64,000 bases of DNA from Eledone cirrhosa. Taxonomy: Eukaryota. Shown here one piece after another: positions 13,701 to 26,100 of this stretch. The stretch's first letter is position 1. Every line of letters begins with the position of its first letter. Below the pieces are notes generated by a model. The model was not told the DNA's origin and did no database searches. It saw only the letters and a list, made by a program, of their open reading frames with translations. A program made the position numbers and the translations under genes. Location: contig OZ024744.1 of assembly GCA_964016885.1 (NCBI GenBank), forward strand, positions 13,454,001 to 13,518,000, written 5' to 3'.

Positions 13701-16700
13701 GACATGTGGTTAGAATGTCTCAGTAGATCAGAGAGTCACTATTGTTAACGCTACTCTCTAAATTGAGAGATCACAACTCCCATACTATGGACATGTTGTT
13801 TAAATGTCTCAGTAGATCAGAGAGTCACTCCAGTTAAAGCTGCTCTCTAAATTGAGAGATCACAACTCCCACACTATGGACATGGGGTTTAATGTCTCAC
13901 TAGATCAGAGAGTCACTCCAGTTAAAGCTACTCTCTAAATTGAGAGATCACAACTCCAATACTATGGACATGTGGTTAGAATGTCTCAGTAGATCAGAGT
14001 GTCACTCCAGTTAAAGCTACTCTCTAAATTGTGAGATCACATCTCCCATACTATGGACATGTGGTTAGAATGTCTCAGTAGATCAGAGAGTCACTCTTGT
14101 TAAAGCTACTCTCTAAATTGAGAGATCACAACTCCCATACTATGGACATGTTGTTTAAATGTCTCAGTAGATCAGAGAGTCACTCCAGTTAAAGCTACTC
14201 TCCAAATTGATAGATCACAACTCCCATACTATGGACATGTGGTTAGAATGTCTCAGTAGATCAGAGAGTCACTCCATTTAAAGCCACTCTCTACATTGAG
14301 AGATCACAACTCCAATACTATGGACATGAGGTTTGAAAGTCTCAGTAGATTAGAGTGTCATTCCAGTTAAAGCAACTCTCTAAATTGAGAGATCACAACT
14401 CCAATACTATGGACATGGGGTTTGAATGTCTCAGTAGATCAGAGAGTCGCTCAAGTTAAAGCCACTCTCTAAATTGAGAGATCACAACTCCAATACTATG
14501 GACATGTGGTTAGAATGTCTCAGTAGATCAGAGTGTCACTCCAGTTAAACCACTCTCTAAATTGAGAGATCACAACTCCCATACTATGGACATGTTGTTT
14601 AAATGTCTCAGTAGATCAGAGAGTCACTCCAGTTAAAGCTACTCTCCAAATTGATAGATCACAACTCCCATACTATGGACATGTGGTTAGAATGTCTCAG
14701 TAGATCAGAGAGTCACTCCATTTAAAGCCCCTCTCTACATTGAGAGATCACAACTCCAATACTATGGACATGAGGTTTGAAAGTCTCAGTAGATTAGAGT
14801 GTCATTCCAGTTAAAGCAACTCTCTAAATTGAGAGATCACAACTCCAATACTATGGACATGGGGTTTGAATGTCTCACTAGATCAGAGAGTCACTCCAGT
14901 TAAAGCTACTCTCTAAATTGAGAGATCACAACTCCAATACTATGGACATGTGGTTAGAATGTCTCAGTAGATCAGAGAGTCATTCCAGTTAAAGCCACTC
15001 TCTAAATTGAGAGATCACAACTTCCATACTATGGACGTGTGGTTAGAATGTATCAGTAGATCAGAGAATCACTCTAGTTAAAGCTACTCTCTAAATTGAG
15101 AGATCACAACTCCCATACTATAGACATGTGGTTAGAATGTCTCAGTAGATCAGAGAGTCACTCCAGTTAAAGCTACTCTCTAAATTGAGAGATCACAACT
15201 CCCATACTATGGACATGTGGTTTGAAAGTCTCAGTAGATTAGAGTGTCACTCCAGTTAAAGCTACTCTCTAAATTGAGAGATCACAACTCCAATACTATG
15301 GACATGTGGTTAGAATGTCTCAGTAGATCAGAGTGTCACTCCAGTTAAAGCTACTCTCTAAATTGTGAGATCACATCTCCCATACTATGGACATGTGGTT
15401 AGAATGTCTCAGTAGATCAGAGAGTCACTCTTGTTAAAGCTACTCTCTAAATTGAGAGATCACAACTCCCATACTATGGACGTGTGGTTAGAATGTCTCA
15501 GTAGATCAGAGAATCACTCCAGTTAAAGCTACTCTCTAAATTGAGAGATCACAACTCCCATACAATGGAATGTGGTTAGAATGTCTCAGTAGATCAGAGA
15601 GTCACTCCAGTTAGAGCCACTCTCTAAATTGAGAGATCACAACTCCAATACTATGGACATGTGGTTAGAATGTCTCAGTAGATCAGAAAGTCACTCCAGT
15701 TAAAGCTACACTCTAAATTGAGAGATCACAACTCCTATACTATGGACGTGGGGTTAGAATGTCTCAGTAGATCAGAGTGTCACTCCAGTTAAAGCCACTC
15801 TCTAAATTGAGGGATCACAACTCCCATACTATGGACATGTTGTTAGAATGTCTCAGTAGATCAGAGAGTCACTCCAGTTAAAGCCACTCTCTAAATTGAG
15901 AGATCACAACTCCAATACTATGGACATGTGGTTAGAATGTGTCAGTAGATCAGAAAGTCACTCCAGTTCAAGCTACACTCTAAATTGAGAGATCACAACT
16001 CCTATACTATGGACATGGGGTTAGAATGTCTCAGTAGATCAGAAAGTCACTCCAGTTAAAGCTACACTCTAAATTGAGAGATCACAACTCCAATACTATG
16101 GACATGGGGTTAGAATGTCTCAGTAGATCAGATTGTCACTACAGTTAAAGCCACTCTCTAAATTGAGGGATCACAACTCCCATACTATGGACATGTTGTT
16201 AGAATGTCTCAGTAGATCAGAGAGTCACTCCAGTTAAAGCCACTCTCTAAATTGAGAGATCACAACTCCAATACTATGGACATGGGGTTTGAAAGTCTCA
16301 GTAGATTAGAGTGTCACTCCAGTTAAAGCTACTCTCTAAATTGAGAGATCACAACTCCAATACTATGGACATGAGGTTTGAATGTCTCAGTAGATCAGAG
16401 AGTGGCTCAAGTTAAAGCCACTCTCTAAATTGAGAGATACACAACTCCAATACTATGGACATGTGGTTAGAATGTCTCAGTAGATCAGAGTGTCACTCCA
16501 GTTAAAGCTACTCTCTAAATTGAGAGATCACATCTCCCATACTATGGACATGTGGTTAGAATGTCTCAGTAGATCAGAGAGTCACTATTGTTAACGCTAC
16601 TCTCTAAATTGAGAGATCACAACTCCCATACTATGGACATGTTGTTTAAATGTCTCAGTAGATCAGAGAGTCACTCCAGTTAAAGCTGCTCTCTAAATTG

Positions 16701-19300
16701 AGAGATCACAACTCCCACACTATGGACATGGGGTTTAATGTCTCACTAGATCAGAGAGTCACTCCAGTTAAAGCTACTCTCTAAATTGAGAGATCACAAC
16801 TCCAATACTATGGACATGTGGTTAGAATGTCTCAGTAGATCAGAGTGTCACTCCAGTTAAAGCTACTCTCTAAATTGTGAGATCACATCTCCCATACTAT
16901 GGACATGTGGTTAGAATGTCTCAGTAGATCAGAGAGTCACTCTTGTTAAAGCTACTCTCTAAATTGAGAGATCACAACTCCCATACTATGGACATGTTGT
17001 TTAAATGTCTCAGTAGATCAGAGAGTCACTCCAGTTAAAGCTACTCTCCAAATTGATAGATCACAACTCCCATACTATGGACATGTGGTTAGAATGTCTC
17101 AGTAGATCAGAGAGTCACTCCATTTAAAGCCACTCTCTACATTGAGAGATCACAACTCCAATACTATGGACATGAGGTTTGAAAGTCTCAGTAGATTAGA
17201 GTGTCATTCCAGTTAAAGCAACTCTCTAAATTGAGAGATCACAACTCCAATACTATGGACATGTGGTTAGAATGTCTCAGTAGATCAGAGTGTCACTCCA
17301 GTTAAAGCTACTCTCTAAATTGTGAGATCACATCTCCCATACTATGGACATGTGGTTAGAATGTCTCAGTAGATCAGAGAGTCACTCTTGTTAAAGCTAC
17401 TCTCTAAATTGAGAGATCACAACTCCCATACTATGGACGTGTGGTTAGAATGTCTCAGTAGATCAGAGAATCACTCCAGTTAAAGCTACTCTCTAAATTG
17501 AGAGATCACAACTCCCATACAATGGAATGTGGTTAGAATGTCTCAGTAGATCAGAGAGTCACTCCAGTTAGAGCCACTCTCTAAATTGAGAGATCACAAC
17601 TCCAATACTATGGACATGTGGTTAGAATGTCTCAGTAGATCAGAAAGTCACTCCAGTTAAAGCTACACTCTAAATTGAGAGATCACAACTCCTATACTAT
17701 GGACGTGGGGTTAGAATGTCTCAGTAGATCAGAGTGTCACTCCAGTTAAAGCCACTCTCTAAATTGAGGGATCACAACTCCCATACTATGGACATGTTGT
17801 TAGAATGTCTCAGTAGATCAGAGAGTCACTCCAGTTAAAGCCACTCTCTAAATTGAGAGATCACAACTCCAATACTATGGACATGTGGTTAGAATGTGTC
17901 AGTAGATCAGAAAGTCACTCCAGTTCAAGCTACACTCTAAATTGAGAGATCACAACTCCTATACTATGGACATGGGGTTAGAATGTCTCAGTAGATCAGA
18001 AAGTCACTCCAGTTAAAGCTACACTCTAAATTGAGAGATCACAACTCCAATACTATGGACATGGGGTTAGAATGTCTCAGTAGATCAGATTGTCACTACA
18101 GTTAAAGCCACTCTCTAAATTGAGGGATCACAACTCCCATACTATGGACATGTTGTTAGAATGTCTCAGTAGATCAGAGAGTCACTCCAGTTAAAGCCAC
18201 TCTCTAAATTGAGAGATCACAACTCCAATACTATGGACATGGGGTTTGAAAGTCTCAGTAGATTAGAGTGTCACTCCAGTTAAAGCTACTCTCTAAATTG
18301 AGAGATCACAACTCCAATACTATGGACATGAGGTTTGAATGTCTCAGTAGATCAGAGAGTGGCTCAAGTTAAAGCCACTCTCTAAATTGAGAGATACACA
18401 ACTCCAATACTATGGACATGTGGTTAGAATGTCTCAGTAGATCAGAGTGTCACTCCAGTTAAAGCTACTCTCTAAATTGAGAGATCACATCTCCCATACT
18501 ATGGACATGTGGTTAGAATGTCTCAGTAGATCAGAGAGTCACTATTGTTAACGCTACTCTCTAAATTGAGAGATCACAACTCCCATACTATGGACATGTT
18601 GTTTAAATGTCTCAGTAGATCAGAGAGTCACTCCAGTTAAAGCTGCTCTCTAAATTGAGAGATCACAACTCCCACACTATGGACATGGGGTTTAATGTCT
18701 CACTAGATCAGAGAGTCACTCCAGTTAAAGCTACTCTCTAAATTGAGAGATCACAACTCCAATACTATGGACATGTGGTTAGAATGTCTCAGTAGATCAG
18801 AGTGTCACTCCAGTTAAAGCTACTCTCTAAATTGTGAGATCACATCTCCCATACTATGGACATGTGGTTAGAATGTCTCAGTAGATCAGAGAGTCACTCT
18901 TGTTAAAGCTACTCTCTAAATTGAGAGATCACAACTCCCATACTATGGACATGTTGTTTAAATGTCTCAGTAGATCAGAGAGTCACTCCAGTTAAAGCTA
19001 CTCTCCAAATTGATAGATCACAACTCCCATACTATGGACATGTGGTTAGAATGTCTCAGTAGATCAGAGAGTCACTCCATTTAAAGCCACTCTCTACATT
19101 GAGAGATCACAACTCCAATACTATGGACATGAGGTTTGAAAGTCTCAGTAGATTAGAGTGTCATTCCAGTTAAAGCAACTCTCTAAATTGAGAGATCACA
19201 ACTCCAATACTATGGACATGGGGTTTGAATGTCTCAGTAGATCAGAGAGTCGCTCAAGTTAAAGCCACTCTCTAAATTGAGAGATCACAACTCCAATACT
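10770..19300. repeat. Variable-length HOR family with a shared core (periods of 21, 32 and 22 monomers)
   Basis: Insertion marker AGATACACAA at 11721, 13589, 16435, 18392 (gaps 1868, 2846, 1957). GTTAGAGCC at 10896, 12764, 15610, 17567 has the same gaps. The linked markers GAGTGGCTCAAG, CTATTGTTAACG and GGGGTTTAATG follow in the same order. Confidence 0.88.
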
Positions 19301-22300
19301 ATGGACATGTGGTTAGAATGTCTCAGTAGATCAGAGTGTCACTCCAGTTAAACCACTCTCTAAATTGAGAGATCACAACTCCCATACTATGGACATGGGG
19401 TTTGAATGTCTCAGTAGATCAGAGAGTCACTCCAGTTAAAGCCACTCTCTAAATTGAGAGATCACAACTCCAATATTATGGACATGGGGTTTGAATGTCT
19501 CAGTAGATCAGAGAGTCACTTCAGTTAAAGCCACTCTCTAAATTAAGAGATCACAACTCCAACACTATGGACATGGGCTTTCAATGTCTCAGTAGATCAG
19601 AGTGTCACTCCAGTTAAAGTTACTCTCTAAATTGAGAGATCACAACTCCAATAATATGGATATGGGGTTTGAATGTCTCAGTAGATCAGAGAGTCACTCC
19701 AGTTAAAGCTAATCTCTAAATTGAGAGATCACAACTCCCGTACTATGGACGTGTGGTTAGAATGTCTCAGTTGATCAGAGAATCACTCCAGTTAAAGCTA
19801 CTCTCTAAATTGAGAGATCACATCTCCCATACTATGGACATGTGGTTAAAATGTCTCAGTAGATCAGGGTGTCATTCTTGTTAAAGCTACTCTCTAAATT
19901 GAGAGATCACAACTCCCATACTATGGACATGTGGTTACAATCTCTCAGTAGATCAGAGAGTCATTCCAGTTAAAACCACTCTCTAAGTTGAAAGATCACA
20001 ACTGCCATACTATGGACGTGTGGTTAGAATGTCTCAGTAGATCAGAGAATCACTCCAGTTTAAGCTACTCTCTAAATTGAGAGATCACAACTCCCATACT
20101 ATGGAAATGTGGTTAGAATGTCTCAGTAGATCAGAGAGTTACTCCAGTTAAAGCTACACTCTAAATTGAGAGATCACAACTCCTATGCTATGGACATGGG
20201 GTTAGAATGTCTCAGTAGATCAGAGTGTCACTCCAGTTTAAGCCACTCTCTAAATTGAGGGATCACAACTCCAATACTATGGACATGTTGTTAGAATGTC
20301 TCAGTAGATCAGAGAGTCACTCCAGTTAAAGCCACTCTCTAAATTGAGAGATCACAACTCCAATACTATGGACATAGGGTTTGAAAGTCTCAGTAGATTA
20401 GAGTGTCACTCCAGTTGAAGCTACTCTCTAAATTGAGAGATCACAACTCCAATACTATGGACATGGGGTTTGAATGTCTCAGTAGATCAGAGAGTCGCTC
20501 AAGTTAAAGCCACTCTCTAAATTGAGAGATCACAACTCCAATACTATGGACATGTGGTTAGAATGTCTCAGTAGATCAGAGTGTCACTCCAGTTAAAGCT
20601 ACTCTCTAAATTGAGAGATTACAACTCCCATACTATGGACATGTGGTTAGAATGTCTCAGTAGATTAGAGTGTCATTCCAGTTAAAGCTACTCTCTAAAT
20701 TGAGAGATCACAACTCCCATACTATGGACATGTGGGTAGAATGTCTCAGTAGATCAGAGAGTCACTCCAGTTAAAGCTACTCTCTAAATTGAAACATCAC
20801 AACTCCCATACTATGGACATGTTGTTAGAATGTCTCAGTAGATCAGAGAGTCACTCCAGTTAAAGCCACTCTCTAAATTGAGAGATCACAACTCCAATAC
20901 TATGGTCATGTGGTTAGAATGTCTCAGTAGATCAGAGTGTCACTCCAGTTAAAGCTACTCTCCCATACTATGGACATGTGGTTAGAATGTCTCAGTAGAT
21001 TAGAGTGTCATTCCAGTTAAAGCTACTCTCTAAATTGAGAGATCACAACTCTCATACTATGGACATGTGGGTAGAATGTCTCAGTAGATCAGAGAGTCAT
21101 TCCAGTTAAAGCGACTAATTCTCTAAATTGAGAGATCACAACTCCCACACTATGGACATCTGGTTAGAATGTCTCAGTAGATCAGAGAGTCACTCCAGTT
21201 AAAGCCACTCTCTAATTTGAGAGATCACAACTTCCATACTATGGACATGTGGTTAGAATGTCTCAGTAGATCAGAGAATCACTCCAGTTAAAGCTACTCT
21301 CTAAATTGAGAGATCACAACTCCCATACTATGGACGTGTGGTTAGAATGTCTCAGTAGATCAGAGAGTCACTCCAGTTAAAGCCACTCTCTAAATTGAGA
21401 GATCACAACTCCAATACTATGGACACGTGGTTAGAATGTCTCAGTAGATCAGAAAGTCACTCCAGTTAAAGCTACACTCTAAATTGAGAGATCACAACTC
21501 CTATACTATGGACATGGGGTTAGAATGTCTCAGTAGATCAGAGTGTCACTCCAGTTAAAGCCACTCTCTAAATTGTGGGATCACAACTCCCATACTATGG
21601 ACATGTTGTTAGAATGTCTCAGTAGATCAGAGAGTCACTCCAGTTAAAGCCACTCTCTAAATTGAGAGATCACAACTCCAATACTATGGACATGTGGTTA
21701 GAATGTCTCAGTAGATCAGAGAGTCACTCCAGTTAAAGCCACTCTCTAAATTGAGAGATCACAACTCCAATACTATGGTCATGTGGTTAGAATGTCTCAG
21801 TAGATCAGAGAGTCACTCCAGTTAAAGCCACTCTCTAAATTTAGAGATCACAACTCCAACACTATGGACATGGGCTTTGAATGTCTCAGTAGATCAGAGT
21901 GTCACTCCAGTTAAAGTTACTCTCTAAATTGAGAGATCACAACTCCAATAATATGGACATGGGGTTTGAATGTCTCAGTAGATCAGAGAGTCACTCCAGT
22001 TAAAGCTAATTTCTAAATTGAGAGATCACAACTCCCGTACTATGGACGTGTGGTTAGAATGTCTCAGTTGATCAGAGAATCACTCCAGTTAAAGCTACTC
22101 TCTAAATTGAGAGATCACATCTCCCATACTATGGACATGTGGTTAGAATGTCTCAGTAGATCAGAGAGTCACTCTTGTTAAAGCTACTCTCTAAATTGAG
22201 AGATCACAACTCCCATACTATGGACATGTTGTTTAAATGTCTCAGTAGATCAGAAAGTCACTCCAGTTAAAGCTACACTCTAAATTGAGAGATCACAACT

Positions 22301-23299
22301 CCTATACTATGGACGTGGGGTTAGAATGTCTCAGTAGATCAGAAAGTCACTCCAGTTAAAGCTACACTCTAAATTGAGAGATCACAACTCCGATACTATG
22401 GACATGTGGTTAGAATGTCTCAGTAGATCAGAGAATCACTCCAGTTAAAGCTACTCTCTAAATTGAGAGATCACATCTCCCATACTGTGGACATGGGGTT
22501 AGAATGTCTCAGTAGAACAGAGAGTCTCTCTTGTTAAAGCTACTCTCTAAATTGAGAGATCACAACTCCCAAACTATGGAAACGTGGTTAGAATGTCTCA
22601 GTAGATCAGAGATTCACTCCAGTTAAAGCCACTCTCTAAATTGAGAGATCACAACTCCCATACTATGGACATGTGGTTAGAATGGCTCAGTAGATCAGAG
22701 AGTCACTCCAGTTAAAGCTGCTCTCTAAATTGAGAGATCACAACTCCAATACTATGGACATGTGGTTAGAATGTCTCAGTAGATCAGAGAATCACTCCAG
22801 TTAAAGCTGCTCTCTAAATTGAGAGATCACAACTCCAATACTATGGACATGTTGTTTAAATGTCTCAGTAGATCAGAGAGTCACTCCAGTTAAAGCTGCT
22901 CTCTAAATTGAGAGATCACAACTCCCATACTATCGACATGGGGTTTGAATGTCTCACTAGATCAGAGAGTCACTCCAGTTAAAGCCACTCTCTAAATTGA
23001 GAGATCACAACTCCCATACTATGGAATGTGGTTAGAATGTCTCAGTAGATCAGAGTGTCACTCCAGTTAAAGCCACTCTCTAAATTGAGGGATCACAACT
23101 CCCATACTATGGACATGTTGTTAGAATGTCTCAGTAGATCAGAGAGTCACTCCAGTTAAAGCCACTCTCTAAATTGAGAGATCACAACTCCAATACTATG
23201 GACATGTGGTTAGAATGTGTCAGTAGATCAGAAAGTCACTCCAGTTAAAGCTACACTCTAAATTGAGAGATCACAACTCCTATACTATGGACATGGGGT

Positions 23300-26100
23300 T
23301 AGAATGTCTCAGTAGATCAGAAAGTCACTCCAGTTAAAGCCACTCTCTAAATTGAGGGATCACAACTCCCATACTATGGACATGTTGTTAGAATGTCTCA
23401 GTAGATCAGAGAGTCACTCCAGTTAAAGCCACTCTCTAAATTGAGAGATCACAACTCCAATACTATGGACATGGGGTTTGAAAGTCTCAGTAGATTAGAG
23501 TGTCACTCCAGTTAAAGCTACTCTCTAAATTGAGAGATCACAACTCCAATACTATGGACATGAGGTTTGAATGTCTCAGTAGATCAGAGAGTGGCTCAAG
23601 TTAAAGCCACTCTCTAAATTGAGAGATACACAACTCCAATACTATGGACATGTGGTTAGAATGTCTCAGTAGATCAGAGTGTCACTCCAGTTAAAGCTAC
23701 TCTCTAAATTGAGAGATCACATCTCCCATACTATGGACATGTGGTTAGAATGTCTCAGTAGATCAGAGAGTCACTATTGTTAACGCTACTCTCTAAATTG
23801 AGAGATCACAACTCCCATACTATGGACATGTTGTTTAAATGTCTCAGTAGATCAGAGAGTCACTCCAGTTAAAGCTGCTCTCTAAATTGAGAGATCACAA
23901 CTCCCACACTATGGACATGGGGTTTAATGTCTCACTAGATCAGAGAGTCACTCCAGTTAAAGCTACTCTCTAAATTGAGAGATCACAACTCCAATACTAT
24001 GGACATGTGGTTAGAATGTCTCAGTAGATCAGAGAGTCATTCCAGTTAAAGCCACTCTCTAAATTGAGAGATCACAACTCCCATACTATGGACGTGTGGT
24101 TAGAATGTATCAGTAGATCAGAGAATCACTCTAGTTAAAGCTACTCTCTAAATTGAGAGATCACAACTCCCATACTATAGACATGTGGTTAGAATGTCTC
24201 AGTAGATCAGAGAGTCACTCCAGTTAAAGCTACTCTCTAAATTGAGAGATCACAACTCCCATACTATGGACATGTGGTTTGAAAGTCTCAGTAGATTAGA
24301 GTGTCACTCCAGTTAAAGCTACTCTCTAAATTGAGAGATCACAACTCCAATACTATGGACATGTGGTTAGAATGTCTCAGTAGATCAGAGTGTCACTCCA
24401 GTTAAAGCTACTCTCTAAATTGTGAGATCACATCTCCCATACTATGGACATGTGGTTAGAATGTCTCAGTAGATCAGAGAGTCACTCTTGTTAAAGCTAC
24501 TCTCTAAATTGAGAGATCACAACTCCCATACTATGGACGTGTGGTTAGAATGTCTCAGTAGATCAGAGAATCACTCCAGTTAAAGCTACTCTCTAAATTG
24601 AGAGATCACAACTCCCATACAATGGAATGTGGTTAGAATGTCTCAGTAGATCAGAGAGTCACTCCAGTTAGAGCCACTCTCTAAATTGAGAGATCACAAC
24701 TCCTATACTATGGACATGGGGTTAGAATGTCTCAGTAGATCAGAAAGTCACTCCAGTTAAAGCTACACTCTAAATTGAGAGATCACAACTCCAATACTAT
24801 GGACATGGGGTTAGAATGTCTCAGTAGATCAGATTGTCACTCCAGTTAAAGCCACTCTCTAAATTGAGGGATCACAACTCCCATACTATGGACATGTTGT
24901 TAGAATGTCTCAGTAGATCAGAGAGTCACTCCAGTTAAAGCCACTCTCTAAATTGAGAGATCACAACTCCAATACTATGGACATGGGGTTTGAAAGTCTC
25001 AGTAGATTAGAGTGTCACTCCAGTTAAAGCTACTCTCTAAATTGAGAGATCACAACTCCAATACTATGGACATGAGGTTTGAATGTCTCAGTAGATCAGA
25101 GAGTGGCTCAAGTTAAAGCCACTCTCTAAATTGAGAGATACACAACTCCAATACTATGGACATGTGGTTAGAATGTCTCAGTAGATCAGAGTGTCACTCC
25201 AGTTAAAGCTACTCTCTAAATTGAGAGATCACATCTCCCATACTATGGACATGTGGTTAGAATGTCTCAGTAGATCAGAGAGTCACTATTGTTAACGCTA
25301 CTCTCTAAATTGAGAGATCACAACTCCCATACTATGGACATGTTGTTTAAATGTCTCAGTAGATCAGAGAGTCACTCCAGTTAAAGCTGCTCTCTAAATT
25401 GAGAGATCACAACTCCCACACTATGGACATGGGGTTTAATGTCTCACTAGATCAGAGAGTCACTCCAGTTAAAGCTACTCTCTAAATTGAGAGATCACAA
25501 CTCCAATACTATGGACATGTGGTTAGAATGTCTCAGTAGATCAGAGTGTCACTCCAGTTAAAGCTACTCTCTAAATTGTGAGATCACATCTCCCATACTA
25601 TGGACATGTGGTTAGAATGTCTCAGTAGATCAGAGAGTCACTCTTGTTAAAGCTACTCTCTAAATTGAGAGATCACAACTCCCATACTATGGACATGTTG
25701 TTTAAATGTCTCAGTAGATCAGAGAGTCACTCCAGTTAAAGCTACTCTCCAAATTGATAGATCACAACTCCCATACTATGGACATGTGGTTAGAATGTCT
25801 CAGTAGATCAGAGAGTCACTCCAGTTAAAGCCACTCTCTACATTGAGAGATCACAACTCCAATACTATGGACATGAGGTTTGAAAGTCTCAGTAGATTAG
25901 AGTGTCATTCCAGTTAAAGCAACTCTCTAAATTGAGAGATCACAACTCCAATACTATGGACATGGGGTTTGAATGTCTCAGTAGATCAGAGAGTCGCTCA
26001 AGTTAAAGCCACTCTCTAAATTGAGAGATCACAACTCCAATACTATGGACATGTGGTTAGAATGTCTCAGTAGATCAGAGTGTCACTCCAGTTAAACCAC
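23300..26100. repeat. Further copies of the same HOR core (17-monomer spacing)
   Basis: AGATACACAA at 23624 and 25136 (gap 1512 = 17x89-1), again with CTATTGTTAACG and GGGGTTTAATG. Confidence 0.82.
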
